In this document: in pieces, positions 30,223 through 39,989 of the stretch
How positions within the stretch are numbered: the stretch's first letter is position 1
Layout: each line of letters begins with the position of its first letter
NCBI GenBank assembly: GCA_002069975.1
Contig: MWCJ01000006.1
Span: 6,153-70,152, forward strand
Direction: 5' to 3'
Length of the DNA: 64,000 bases
From: Bacteroidetes bacterium ADurb.Bin217
Lineage (GTDB): Bacteria > Bacteroidota > Bacteroidia > Bacteroidales > UBA1715
Translations under genes and position numbers: made by a program
The notes under the pieces: model-generated
What the model was told of the DNA's origin: nothing
Seen by the model: the letters and a program-made list of their open reading frames with translations, nothing else
Databases searched by the model: none

Positions 30223-30267
30223 TTTTTTTTTAAAATAATCTGCAAGTTAATAATAATTTTTAAATTC

Positions 30268-31236
30268 CTACAAAAATCTTACACTTTTATATGTTTTATT
30301 TTCTTTTTCTACACTTAAATTAAAATTGTAACCAACGGTAAACTCCATGTTTCCAGACGATTGCCCTCCAATTTTTGATGTTACAATATCGTATGAAATA
30401 ATTGCACGCAATCCATCAAATTTTGATCCGTCGTTAAATTGAACTCCAAATAAAGGTGATATATCATGACTACTTGTATAAGTAATTCCTGCAATTATAA
30501 AATTATTATATTCTGTAATCATATCAAAATTTAATTGAGTATCGGTAAATGTTGTTTTAATTAACATATTTGGTTTAAATATCCACATTGGATTTGATGA
30601 TTTAAATTCATAGCCTCCAGAAATCCAATAGGTTCTATTGTAATATTCAATATTTGAACTTTCCGATTTTAGTACAGGTTTATTCATTTCTGTTATAGCT
30701 AAAGAAGTAAAAATGTTATTTACTTTGTAGTATACGCCAAAACCCAATAAAAGGTTTACAAAATTTTCTTTATTTGCAATTTTTGAATCTACAAATGCAT
30801 CATTTTTTCCATCTGGATATATTGGATTTTTTATTTCCCAACCTATAGTTCTAGCCCCTACACTTAATCCCGCTCCTAATTTACCTGAGCCCAAATCAAT
30901 GTGATACGCATAGTTAGCTTTAAAATCTAACCTTTTTTCGAATCCTTGAGTTAATTGATTTATTGACAACCCTACACCACTTTGTATTTTAGATAGAGGT
31001 ATAGATGCATTAAACCAAACTGAAGAAGGACCAGCATCATCTGTGAAATTCATATACTGTTCACGAACTACAGTTTGAATATTTCCAAATTTTGTACTAC
31101 CAACAATAGAAGGGTTATACGTTGTCTGATGAAATGCAGATAACGTACTTCGAGGAGATTGTTGTGCTATACACGCAATTGTCGCCATAAACATGCCGAA
31201 AAACAGAAATAAATATTTAAAAATACTCTTACTCAC
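30268..31236 (-). CDS. porP: T9SS membrane protein of the PorP/SprF family
   Basis: 322 aa. Signal peptide then QQSPRSTLSAFHQTTYNPSIVGS, the PorP/SprF N-terminal block. Beta-barrel-like alternating pattern. Sits directly upstream of gldK. The only possible start after the in-frame TAA is a GTG at 31236. Confidence 0.85.
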   Translation of the reverse strand: MSKSIFKYLFLFFGMFMATIACIAQQSPRSTLSAFHQTTYNPSIVGSTKFGNIQTVVREQYMNFTDDAGPSSVWFNASIPLSKIQSGVGLSINQLTQGFEKRLDFKANYAYHIDLGSGKLGAGLSVGARTIGWEIKNPIYPDGKNDAFVDSKIANKENFVNLLLGFGVYYKVNNIFTSLAITEMNKPVLKSESSNIEYYNRTYWISGGYEFKSSNPMWIFKPNMLIKTTFTDTQLNFDMITEYNNFIIAGITYTSSHDISPLFGVQFNDGSKFDGLRAIISYDIVTSKIGGQSSGNMEFTVGYNFNLSVEKENKTYKSVRFL

Positions 31237-31349
31237 TTTAATTAATTAAATATGAATAATAACATCATATTCAGCCTGTAAAGAAAATAAAAAAAAAACT
31301 ACAATGCAATAGGTTTACACAAGATTTGCATTTATTTTTTTTTATCGAC

Positions 31350-32489
31350 TTATTTATTATACAATCTATTAAATTCCAACAACCAATTTTCCGATAAGTT
31401 ATTGTTTAAAAACTCTTGATAATCAATGGTTGAGCAGGGGATTATTCGCTTTTTCTTTTTATTTTTTAACGGAACCTCAACCCATAATTGTTTTGTTAAA
31501 ATATTCTCAAAAAAAGTAATATCATGGTCCAAAAAGCTATTTTGCACATAATACTTAGTAAATTTTTCGGCGTAAAAATCGCATTTTTTATTTTTTTGCT
31601 GTGAAATTCCATCTAAAACATGCCAAAGAATTTGAGATATCAAGGTAGAAGTAATTTCTTTTGAAGATTCATTGATAGTAACATCGTGAACACAAAATAT
31701 CTTTAAATTTTGAGAATATCCTGAATACCACGCCAATTGACAAGCCTCTTCTGCATATAATCCATTTGGGTTTGCATGAGAAAATATGTCACTATAACGA
31801 ATTGAAGAAGCATCTATACTTACTATATGTGAGTCGCGAATAAATGGTTCCGTATCAATTATTTTTTGTCGAACCTTACCTAATCTTAATAATGGGAAAT
31901 AATGAGATTTAAACCATTCAATAGTTTTATGAGAACATAAATATTCTTGATATCCAATATTAATTAATCGTAAAGTATCAGTAATTGCAATTAATTTATG
32001 AATAAAATTTGAATGTGAAAAATCCTCATTTTCTATTTCAAAATCAATTTTTGAATCAATACAAGTTACAGAAGGGAATGCGATTTTTTTTAATATTTCT
32101 TTACTTATATAATACAGTGATTCATGAGAGCCTCCAATAATAATAATAGGAATTTGAAATTCTTTAAGTATCTTTAAAACTTCCTGCAAAATAATATATG
32201 ATTCGCGTATAGTTTTACCTTGAATACAATTACCTATATCAACAATTGAAATTGACTGCGAAGGTCTATGAAATTGAGATAAACTATTTCGAAAAATATC
32301 AGCAATTTTAATTTTTGATTCTATCGATGAATTTCTATATTCTTTATATCCAAGAATAAAAGCATGAGGTTGTAACTGTTTGATTTCTGAAATATGTTGA
32401 GTGCAATGAATAGAAATTTTAGAATTACCATACTTATTATATATAGTATTAATTTGCGGCTCTAGAAGATCAAACAATTCCATAAGCAT
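31350..32489 (-). CDS. Arginase/agmatinase/formiminoglutamase-fold protein with non-canonical metal-ligand positions
   Basis: 379 aa. Arginase-family blocks are recognisable but altered: IIIIGGSHES (canonical GGDHS), CIDSKIDFE (canonical DAHxD), VSIDASSIRYS (canonical DxDxxDP). Its ATG overlaps the topA stop (TAATG). Confidence 0.6.
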   Translation of the reverse strand: MLMELFDLLEPQINTIYNKYGNSKISIHCTQHISEIKQLQPHAFILGYKEYRNSSIESKIKIADIFRNSLSQFHRPSQSISIVDIGNCIQGKTIRESYIILQEVLKILKEFQIPIIIIGGSHESLYYISKEILKKIAFPSVTCIDSKIDFEIENEDFSHSNFIHKLIAITDTLRLINIGYQEYLCSHKTIEWFKSHYFPLLRLGKVRQKIIDTEPFIRDSHIVSIDASSIRYSDIFSHANPNGLYAEEACQLAWYSGYSQNLKIFCVHDVTINESSKEITSTLISQILWHVLDGISQQKNKKCDFYAEKFTKYYVQNSFLDHDITFFENILTKQLWVEVPLKNKKKKRIIPCSTIDYQEFLNNNLSENWLLEFNRLYNK

Positions 32490-34975
32490 TATTTTTTTTC
32501 TCCGGCAATTTCATAACATTGTTGCAATGTAAGCATTTCGGGTTTTATATTTTTAGTAATTCTAAAGAATCGTTTTTTATAAAACACACAAGGTTTACCC
32601 CATCTATCAAGCATAACTTTTATTTTTTTATCTTCTTCGAACGTTTTAATATGTTTTGCAATATCATTTTCTCGTTTAGCTAAAATACAAGAGATTGCTT
32701 GATCTAAAGAAATTGAAAACACATCTGGATCAGATTTTTTTAAAGATATAAATGAAGAATTATGAGAGATAAACGGGCCAAATTTTCCGATATTAACTTC
32801 AACTTTCTTAGATTCGAATTCTCCTAAATATCGTGGTAATTTTAATAATGTAAGAGCTTGTTCTAAGGTTATTGATTCGGGTTTTTGACCTTTTAGTAAA
32901 CTTACGTATTTTTTATCGGCATCATTAGTTTCGCCTAACTGCACAAAAGGACCATATCTACCTGATTTAACATACACTTTTTTCCCGGTTTGTTTATCAA
33001 TACCTAGCTCATTTCCATCATTGTTATTATAGAGTAAATCTAAAGCTTCTTCTAATGTAAGTGTTTCAATTAATTGTCCTTTAGATAAACTTGCGTATAC
33101 AGGTTTTTCTTCTGATTCTATTGAACCTAATTGCACCATTGGTCCAAACCTCCCAATTCTTACAAAAACTTGCCGTTCTGTCTTAGGATCAAGTCCTAAT
33201 AATCTTTCCCCATCGCCTCGTTCGGACTCTTCAATTGTCTTTTCAACTGTAGGATGAAATGAATCATAAAAATTTTTAATCATATTTTGCCATTGCAACT
33301 GCCCCTCGGCAATTTCATCAAATTGAGATTCAACTTGAGCTGTAAAATTATAATCTAAAATTTCACCAAAATATTTTACTAAAAAATCATTCACAACCAT
33401 TCCTATATCGGTAGGAAATAATTTTGATTTTTCTGATCCAAACACTTCCGATTTGATAGTTTTGGTTACTATATTATTTTGCAATGAAATTACAGTAATT
33501 TCCCTTTTTTCACCAATCCTATCTTCTTTAATTACGTACCCTCGCTTTTGAATTGTAGAAATAGTAGGTGCATATGTTGATGGTCTTCCTATACCTAATT
33601 CTTCTAATTTACGAACAAGGGTAGCTTCTGTATATCGCGGCGGATGTTGTGTAAATCTTTCAGACGCTGTCATTGATTCCAATTTCAAAGACGCCCCCAA
33701 TTGCAGAGGTGGCAATATAACTAATTGTTCATCAACGGTATCGTCATCAGATGATTCTTTATATACTTTATAAAATCCATCAAACGTAACGACCTCTCCT
33801 TTTGCAGAAAAATAAGCAGAAGTGTCATTTTTACAATTAATTGTAAATAATGTTCGAGCAATTTGCACATCTGCCATTTGTGAAGCAATCGTTCGTTTAC
33901 GAATTAAATCATACAATCGCTGTTCGTCTGAATTTGCAGAAACTATTTCGTTTTGAACATATGTAGGACGAATAGCCTCATGAGCTTCTTGAGCTCCTTT
34001 TGATTTAGTAGCGTATTTACGTGTTTTACTATACTCATTCCCAAACTCTTTAACAATATATGATTTTGTTGTTGCTATAGCCAAATCTGATAAATTTACA
34101 GAATCAGTACGCATATAAGTAATATACCCTTCTTCATATAATTTCTGAGCAACACTCATGGTTTTAGCTACAGGAAAACCTAACTTTCTACCCGCTTCTT
34201 GTTGTAAAGTTGAAGTTGTAAAAGGTGGAGCAGGCGATTTTGAAATAGGTTTATTTTCGCACGCATCTATTTTATAAGGAATTCCTTTTGAACTTTCTAA
34301 AAAAGACAATGCTTTTTGTTCTGTTTCGAATTTTTTTTGCAGTTCTGCAGAAAACGAATATGTTTTATTATTATAAAACACACTAAATAACGCAACTACT
34401 TTGAACGACGATGAAGATTTAAAATGAATAATTTCTCGTTCACGTTCTACAATAATTCTTACAGATACAGATTGAACACGCCCTGCACTTAATGATGGTT
34501 TTACTTTTTTCCATAATACAGGCGACAATTCGAATCCAACAATTCTATCTAAAATTCTCCGAGCTTGTTGTGCATCAACTAACTTTGTATCAATAATTCT
34601 AGGATTTTGTATAGAATGTAAAATTGCATCTTTTGTAATTTCATGAAAAACGATACGTTTAGTGGAATCTGGCTGTAGTTTTAACACTTCGTATAAATGC
34701 CATGCAATAGCCTCTCCTTCCCTATCCTCATCAGAAGCTAACCAAATAGTTTTAGCGTCTTTAACATACTTTTTTAAATCAGCAACAAGCTTTTTTTTAT
34801 CGGCAGAGATTTCATACTGCGGTTCAAAATTTTGTTTTAAATTTATCCCTAAATCTTTTTTAGATAAATCACGAACATGTCCAAAGCTCGATTTTACAAT
34901 AAACTGTGAGCCTAAAAATTTTTCAATTGTTTTTGCTTTTGCCGGCGATTCGACGATTACCAAATTTTCTGCCAT
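32489..34975 (-). CDS. topA: DNA topoisomerase I
   Basis: 828 aa. TOPRIM block LVIVESPAKAKTIEKFLG, DEDREGEAI, active-site region YITYMRTDS, and repeated C-terminal GRFGPF/GKFGPF motifs. Confidence 0.97.
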   Translation of the reverse strand: MAENLVIVESPAKAKTIEKFLGSQFIVKSSFGHVRDLSKKDLGINLKQNFEPQYEISADKKKLVADLKKYVKDAKTIWLASDEDREGEAIAWHLYEVLKLQPDSTKRIVFHEITKDAILHSIQNPRIIDTKLVDAQQARRILDRIVGFELSPVLWKKVKPSLSAGRVQSVSVRIIVEREREIIHFKSSSSFKVVALFSVFYNNKTYSFSAELQKKFETEQKALSFLESSKGIPYKIDACENKPISKSPAPPFTTSTLQQEAGRKLGFPVAKTMSVAQKLYEEGYITYMRTDSVNLSDLAIATTKSYIVKEFGNEYSKTRKYATKSKGAQEAHEAIRPTYVQNEIVSANSDEQRLYDLIRKRTIASQMADVQIARTLFTINCKNDTSAYFSAKGEVVTFDGFYKVYKESSDDDTVDEQLVILPPLQLGASLKLESMTASERFTQHPPRYTEATLVRKLEELGIGRPSTYAPTISTIQKRGYVIKEDRIGEKREITVISLQNNIVTKTIKSEVFGSEKSKLFPTDIGMVVNDFLVKYFGEILDYNFTAQVESQFDEIAEGQLQWQNMIKNFYDSFHPTVEKTIEESERGDGERLLGLDPKTERQVFVRIGRFGPMVQLGSIESEEKPVYASLSKGQLIETLTLEEALDLLYNNNDGNELGIDKQTGKKVYVKSGRYGPFVQLGETNDADKKYVSLLKGQKPESITLEQALTLLKLPRYLGEFESKKVEVNIGKFGPFISHNSSFISLKKSDPDVFSISLDQAISCILAKRENDIAKHIKTFEEDKKIKVMLDRWGKPCVFYKKRFFRITKNIKPEMLTLQQCYEIAGEKK

Positions 34976-34994
34976 ATATTTTCAATAATTTGAA

Positions 34995-35002
34995 TAATTT
35001 TG
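34995..35002 (+). promoter_or_regulatory. Candidate -7 box (TAATTTTG) for the PBP1A gene
   Basis: Matches TAnnTTTG, 51 nt upstream of the ATG at 35053. Confidence 0.35.
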
Positions 35003-35010
35003 CAAAAATA
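35003..35010 (-). promoter_or_regulatory. Candidate -7 box (TATTTTTG on the minus strand) for topA
   Basis: Matches TAnnTTTG, 28 nt upstream of the topA ATG (34975). It abuts the plus-strand box. Confidence 0.35.
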
Positions 35011-35052
35011 TAAAAATACAATTGAAATAACACGTTATATAAAAAAATAGAT

Positions 35053-37437
35053 ATGCAAACTAAAAATAAACCTACAAATTCGAATAAAAAAGCATTAATT
35101 ATATTATGGAGTGTTTTTATTATTCCAATAATTAGTTTATCATTATTTTTTGTTCTTATAACTTACGGTGTACTGGGTTTTATGCCAACTTTTGAAGAGT
35201 TAGAAAACCCTCAAACAAATCTTGCAACTGAAATTATTTCATCAGACGGTAAAATTTTAGGTACTTTTTTTAAGGAAAATCGAATTGAATGTCAATACAA
35301 TGAATTATCAGAATATATAATAGATGCTTTAATCTCAACAGAAGATGAAAGATTTTATAAACATTCTGGTATTGACTTTATTGGTTTAAGTCGAGTAATG
35401 TTTAAAACAGTTTTATTAGGTGATAAAAATGCAGGTGGAGGAAGCACCATTTCTCAACAATTAGCAAAAATGCTATTCCCACGCGAAAAATTTGACAATC
35501 CGGTAGATATAGTTACTCGCAAATTTAGAGAATGGGTTATTGCAGTTAAACTTGAAAAATCATATACAAAAGAAGAAATACTATCAATGTATTTAAACAA
35601 ATTTGACTTTTTACACAATGCAGATGGAATTAAAATGGCTTCAGAAGTATATTTTAATAAATTACCGAAAAATCTAAAAATAGAAGAAGCGGCAATGCTC
35701 GTTGGTATGCTTAAAAATCCCGCATTATTTAATCCCAAACGAAGACCGGACACTACATTTGTTAGAAGAAATGTAGTATTATATCAAATGTATAAAAACG
35801 ATAAAATAAATAAGCAAGAATTTGATTCATTAAAACAATTACCATTAGGGCTGAATTTTCAAAACATTGACCACAATTTTGGTTCAGCTCCATATTTTAG
35901 AGAATGGTTACGAATGACCATAACTGCATCGAAACCGAATAAAAACAATTATTGGAGTCGTGAAATATACAAAAGAGACTCGGCTCAATGGGTTGACAAT
36001 CCTCTCTATGGGTGGTGCAATAAGAATGAAAAATCGCCAGACACTTTTTACAATATTTATAAAGACGGACTTAAAATATATACAACAATAGACTCGAGGA
36101 TGCAAGAACATGCCGAACAAGCAATGATAAAACACATGAAGGAAATTGTGCAACCGGCTTATGACTCTGAAAATAAGAAAAATCCAAAATCACCGTATTC
36201 ATCAAGCATTAGCCAAGAGGATTTTCAAAACAGAATTCGAGCAGCTATTATTCAAAGCGAACGATATAAAAGTATTCCAAACGCGAAAGATAAAGATTGG
36301 AATTCAATAATGGCGATTTTCAAAAAACGAACAAAAATGACTGTATTTTCATGGAATGGGGAAATTGACACCATTATGTCTCCGTTGGATTCAATAAAAT
36401 ACATGAAGAAATTTTTACAATGTGGTTTACTTTCTATGGAAGCAAAAACGGGTCATGTAAAAGCATTTGTTGGTGGTATTAATTATAAATATTTTCAATA
36501 CGATCATATAATGCAACAACGCAGACAAGTAGGGTCAACATTTAAACCATTTTTGTACACACTTGCCATGCAAGAAGGCATGTCTCCGTGTAAAGAATTT
36601 GCAAATGTACCTACATCATTTTACTTGGCAGACGGAACACAGTGGACACCTGAGAATAGCGATGATTTCAGAAAGGGGCAAATGGTAAGTTTAGCTTGGG
36701 CATTAGCTACATCAAACAACTGGATTTCGGCAAAACTCATGCAATTACACAAGCCTGAAGCGGTAATAGCTTTGGCTCGGGAAATGGGGCTTTATAACCA
36801 CATAGACCCAGTACCTTCTATATGTTTAGGGGTTGCCGATTTAACATTACATGAAATGGTTGGTGCTTTTGCTACATTTCCAAATAAAGGTGTATTTACC
36901 GAACCTATTTTCGTAACACGTATCGAAGATAAGTTTGGAAAAGTAATTTCATCGTTTACGCCAAAACAAAACGAAGCTATAAGCGAAGAAACAGCATATC
37001 TAATGGTGAATTTACTGCAAAATGTAGTAAACATGGTAGACCGCGAGGCAAAAGCATATGGAACGGCAATTTCGTTACGCTCACGATATGACATACGAAC
37101 TCCTCTATGTGGCAAAACAGGAACAACAAACGACCATGCCGATGGTTGGTTTATAGGCTTTTCACCTGAACTTGTAACCGGAGTGTGGGTTGGTGGCGAC
37201 GAACGCTCTATTCGTTTTAGAAGTTTCCGCTATGGACAAGGAGCTCGCATGGCAATGCCTATGTTTGCATATTATATGAAAAGTCTTATGTCTGATAGCA
37301 GTAATTTAGGATATCATTTTACAAAAGATTTTGAGAAACCTGCACATATTAATTATTCGAAAATTAATTGCGAAAAAACAGGGGATCCCACTCAAGCCCC
37401 GACTAAACAATCAATAGATTATGATGAATTTTATTAA
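35053..37437 (+). CDS. mrcA: Bifunctional penicillin-binding protein 1A (glycosyltransferase/transpeptidase)
   Basis: 794 aa. GT51 motifs EDERFYKHSGID, GGSTISQQLAK and RKFREWVIAVKLE. Transpeptidase motifs STFKPF, SNN and KTGTT. Confidence 0.95.
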   Translation: MQTKNKPTNSNKKALIILWSVFIIPIISLSLFFVLITYGVLGFMPTFEELENPQTNLATEIISSDGKILGTFFKENRIECQYNELSEYIIDALISTEDERFYKHSGIDFIGLSRVMFKTVLLGDKNAGGGSTISQQLAKMLFPREKFDNPVDIVTRKFREWVIAVKLEKSYTKEEILSMYLNKFDFLHNADGIKMASEVYFNKLPKNLKIEEAAMLVGMLKNPALFNPKRRPDTTFVRRNVVLYQMYKNDKINKQEFDSLKQLPLGLNFQNIDHNFGSAPYFREWLRMTITASKPNKNNYWSREIYKRDSAQWVDNPLYGWCNKNEKSPDTFYNIYKDGLKIYTTIDSRMQEHAEQAMIKHMKEIVQPAYDSENKKNPKSPYSSSISQEDFQNRIRAAIIQSERYKSIPNAKDKDWNSIMAIFKKRTKMTVFSWNGEIDTIMSPLDSIKYMKKFLQCGLLSMEAKTGHVKAFVGGINYKYFQYDHIMQQRRQVGSTFKPFLYTLAMQEGMSPCKEFANVPTSFYLADGTQWTPENSDDFRKGQMVSLAWALATSNNWISAKLMQLHKPEAVIALAREMGLYNHIDPVPSICLGVADLTLHEMVGAFATFPNKGVFTEPIFVTRIEDKFGKVISSFTPKQNEAISEETAYLMVNLLQNVVNMVDREAKAYGTAISLRSRYDIRTPLCGKTGTTNDHADGWFIGFSPELVTGVWVGGDERSIRFRSFRYGQGARMAMPMFAYYMKSLMSDSSNLGYHFTKDFEKPAHINYSKINCEKTGDPTQAPTKQSIDYDEFY

Positions 37438-37439
37438 GA

Positions 37440-38150
37440 ATGTCTTATTCTACTTTTGTTTGTAAAGAATTTTCAATTATTCAAAATTCTGAAGTTCTAA
37501 AACTTGGAACCGATGCTATAATACTTGGGTGTTTGTCGGATTTTCACACCCCCACTAATATCCTTGATATTGGTACAGGCACAGGCATTTTAACTCTAAT
37601 GATGGCGCAAAAATATCGTGCTCAATTTACAGCTATAGATATTCTTCATGAATCATTTATATGTGCAAGCCACAATTTCACACAAAGCAAATGGTCTGAT
37701 TTTATATCATGTAAACATATATCATTACAAGATTTTTGTTTATCAACTCAAGAAACCTTTGATGGTATTATCTGTAATCCCCCATTTTTTTCTCATTCTT
37801 TACACAACAAAAGCACCTTTCAAACAATTGCTCGACACTCCGTTGCATTATCGCCCATTGATTTATTTGCATGCTCTCAAATACTACTATCACCAAAAGG
37901 AATCATTTCTATTATTATCCCATATTCTGAAAAACAAACTTTTTGCGAACAAGCTCTCTATTACAATTTATATACAATTAAAGAAACACTTATTTCACCA
38001 TTTTTCGAAAGCAATCCTAATAGAATTGTTCTACACTTTTCAAAGACATGGAACCCTCTTGAAAGTTCACACATATACATACGAAATAAAGACAAAACGT
38101 ATAGTGAAGTATATAAGGAACTTACAAAAAAATACATTTCAATAACTTGA
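37440..38150 (+). CDS. trmN6: tRNA (adenine-N6)-methyltransferase of the YfiC/TrmN6 family (SAM-dependent)
   Basis: 236 aa. SAM motif I ILDIGTGTGILTLMMAQ, motif IV ICNPPFF, and ARHS after motif IV. Confidence 0.7.
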   Translation: MSYSTFVCKEFSIIQNSEVLKLGTDAIILGCLSDFHTPTNILDIGTGTGILTLMMAQKYRAQFTAIDILHESFICASHNFTQSKWSDFISCKHISLQDFCLSTQETFDGIICNPPFFSHSLHNKSTFQTIARHSVALSPIDLFACSQILLSPKGIISIIIPYSEKQTFCEQALYYNLYTIKETLISPFFESNPNRIVLHFSKTWNPLESSHIYIRNKDKTYSEVYKELTKKYISIT

Positions 38151-38215
38151 TTTACAAACATATAAATCAGTTTAAAAAATATTTAAATACACATACATTT
38201 TGATAAGAATCACCG

Positions 38216-38223
38216 TATATTTG
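38216..38223 (+). promoter_or_regulatory. Candidate -7 box (TATATTTG) for the umuD-umuC-SRAP operon
   Basis: Exact TAnnTTTG match, 46 nt upstream of the ATG at 38270. Confidence 0.4.
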
Positions 38224-38269
38224 AAACTGAATTATGCAATAAAAACTATACATTATTACTATCTGACCA

Positions 38270-38719
38270 ATGAATACAACTCGCATACATACATCAACAC
38301 GTATCGACATATATTCGGCACATACCGAAAGCGAATTATTGTTGCCGTATGTATCAAATGGAATAAGTGCCGGATTTCCATCTCCGGCTTTAGATTTTAC
38401 AGATATTTCTATAGATTTAAACAAACATTTAATTTCACATCCTTCTTCAACATTTTATGGTCGCGTTAAAGGGAATTCGATGAAAGATGAAGGAATTTTT
38501 GATGGCGATTTATTAGTAATTGACAAAAGTTTAGAACCTACAAACGGAAAAATTGCAATATGCTACATTGATGGAGAATTTACTGTAAAAAAAATAAAAA
38601 TTGAACAAGATAGCTGTTGGCTTATTCCGGCAAATAAGGATTATAAACCAATACAAGTAACTTCCGATAACGATTTTCTAATTTGGGGTATTGTTACCTA
38701 CGTAATAAAATCAGTATAA
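38270..38719 (+). CDS. umuD: UmuD-like S24 self-cleaving peptidase (translesion polymerase V accessory subunit)
   Basis: 149 aa. [11 protein letters not shown] cleavage-region block, GNSM (catalytic Ser) and FTVKK (catalytic Lys). No HTH domain. Confidence 0.88.
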   Translation: MNTTRIHTSTRIDIYSAHTESELLLPYVSNGISAGFPSPALDFTDISIDLNKHLISHPSSTFYGRVKGNSMKDEGIFDGDLLVIDKSLEPTNGKIAICYIDGEFTVKKIKIEQDSCWLIPANKDYKPIQVTSDNDFLIWGIVTYVIKSV

Positions 38720-39978
38720 TGTTTGCCCTTATTGACTGCAATAACTTTTACGCCTCATGCGAACGAGTATTTCGTCCCGATTTACAGCACAGTCCTATTA
38801 TAGTGCTATCAAACAATGATGGTTGCATAATAGCTCGCAGCAACGAAGCTAAAGCATTAGGATTACCCATGGGAGCACCATGCTATCAATATCAAGAACT
38901 TTTACAAAAACACAATGTTTCTATATTTTCTCCTAATTTTGCTTTGTATGGCGACATGAGTCATCGTGTAATGACATTACTAAGCGAATATTCTCCCGAT
39001 ATAGAAATATACAGTATTGACGAAGCTTTTTTAAAATTCGATGGATTTGATTTATTCCATTTACAAACATATGGAGAACACATAGTAAAAAAAGTAAAAA
39101 AACATACAGGAATACCTATAAGTGTTGGAATAGCACCTACCAAAGCATTAGCAAAAATTGCAAATCGCATTGCAAAAAAATTCCCACAACAAACCAATAG
39201 TTGTTACTATATCAACACCGAAGAACAACGAATAAAAGCACTAAAATGGACACGTATTGAAGACGTGTGGGGTATAGGCAGACAACACAGCAAAAAACTA
39301 CAAAACATAGGAATACAAAACGCATACAACTTCACACTCCTTGAAGACGCATGGGTTAAGAAACACATGTCAATTATAGGACTCCGATTAAAACATGATT
39401 TACAAGGTATTCCTACTTTAGATATAGAACACATACAAGCAAAAAAAAATATAGCAACCACTCGCTCATTTGAAACAAACTACACTTCATTTGATCAAAT
39501 AAAAGAACGAGTTGCTACATTTGCCATATCGTGTAGTGAAAAACTACGTAAACAAAAATCTAACTGCTCTACCCTATTAGTTTTTATTCACACCAACGGA
39601 CATCGTAAAGACTTACCGCAATACAGCAAAAATTGCGTAATACAATTACCCTATGCCACAAATTCAGCAATAGACATTGCAAAATTTGCTATTGTAGCAT
39701 TACAAAAAATTTACAAACCGGGATATGCATACAAAAAAGCCGGTGTAATTGTTATGGATATATTACCCGAACACACAAAACAATACACATTGTTTGAAGA
39801 TTCAAATCCAAAACATATAGCAATAATGCAGGCTATGGATACCATAAACAACACATACGGACAACACACTCTAAAACTTGGGATTCAAGATCAGAAAAAA
39901 ATGTGGAAAATGAAACAAGAAAAATTATCGCCAAAATACACAACAAACATTCACGATATTATAACAATACACTGTTAA
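38719..39978 (+). CDS. umuC: Y-family DNA polymerase, UmuC-like
   Basis: The track ORF starts at 38683, but the family N-terminus [18 protein letters not shown] begins at the ATG at 38719, which overlaps the umuD stop (TAATG). SIDEAFL motif present. Confidence 0.9.
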   Translation: MFALIDCNNFYASCERVFRPDLQHSPIIVLSNNDGCIIARSNEAKALGLPMGAPCYQYQELLQKHNVSIFSPNFALYGDMSHRVMTLLSEYSPDIEIYSIDEAFLKFDGFDLFHLQTYGEHIVKKVKKHTGIPISVGIAPTKALAKIANRIAKKFPQQTNSCYYINTEEQRIKALKWTRIEDVWGIGRQHSKKLQNIGIQNAYNFTLLEDAWVKKHMSIIGLRLKHDLQGIPTLDIEHIQAKKNIATTRSFETNYTSFDQIKERVATFAISCSEKLRKQKSNCSTLLVFIHTNGHRKDLPQYSKNCVIQLPYATNSAIDIAKFAIVALQKIYKPGYAYKKAGVIVMDILPEHTKQYTLFEDSNPKHIAIMQAMDTINNTYGQHTLKLGIQDQKKMWKMKQEKLSPKYTTNIHDIITIHC

Positions 39979-39989
39979 ACTTATAACCT

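Noticed and set aside
37648-38145. A 165-aa ORF on the same strand, in the +1 frame, overlapping most of the tRNA methyltransferase gene. This is unusually long for an alternative frame in AT-rich DNA.
   Set aside because: The 236-aa frame carries the SAM motif I, NPPF and post-motif-IV family blocks along its whole length. The alternative-frame product is low-complexity (Y/H/L/K-rich) with no recognisable motif, signal peptide or TM helix. It is most likely a by-product of codon bias.
38167-38469. Two overlapping ORFs (85 aa on the minus strand, 89 aa on the plus strand) in and around the umuD upstream region.
   Set aside because: They overlap the well-supported umuD frame and the promoter region, and their translations look like AT-rich noise.
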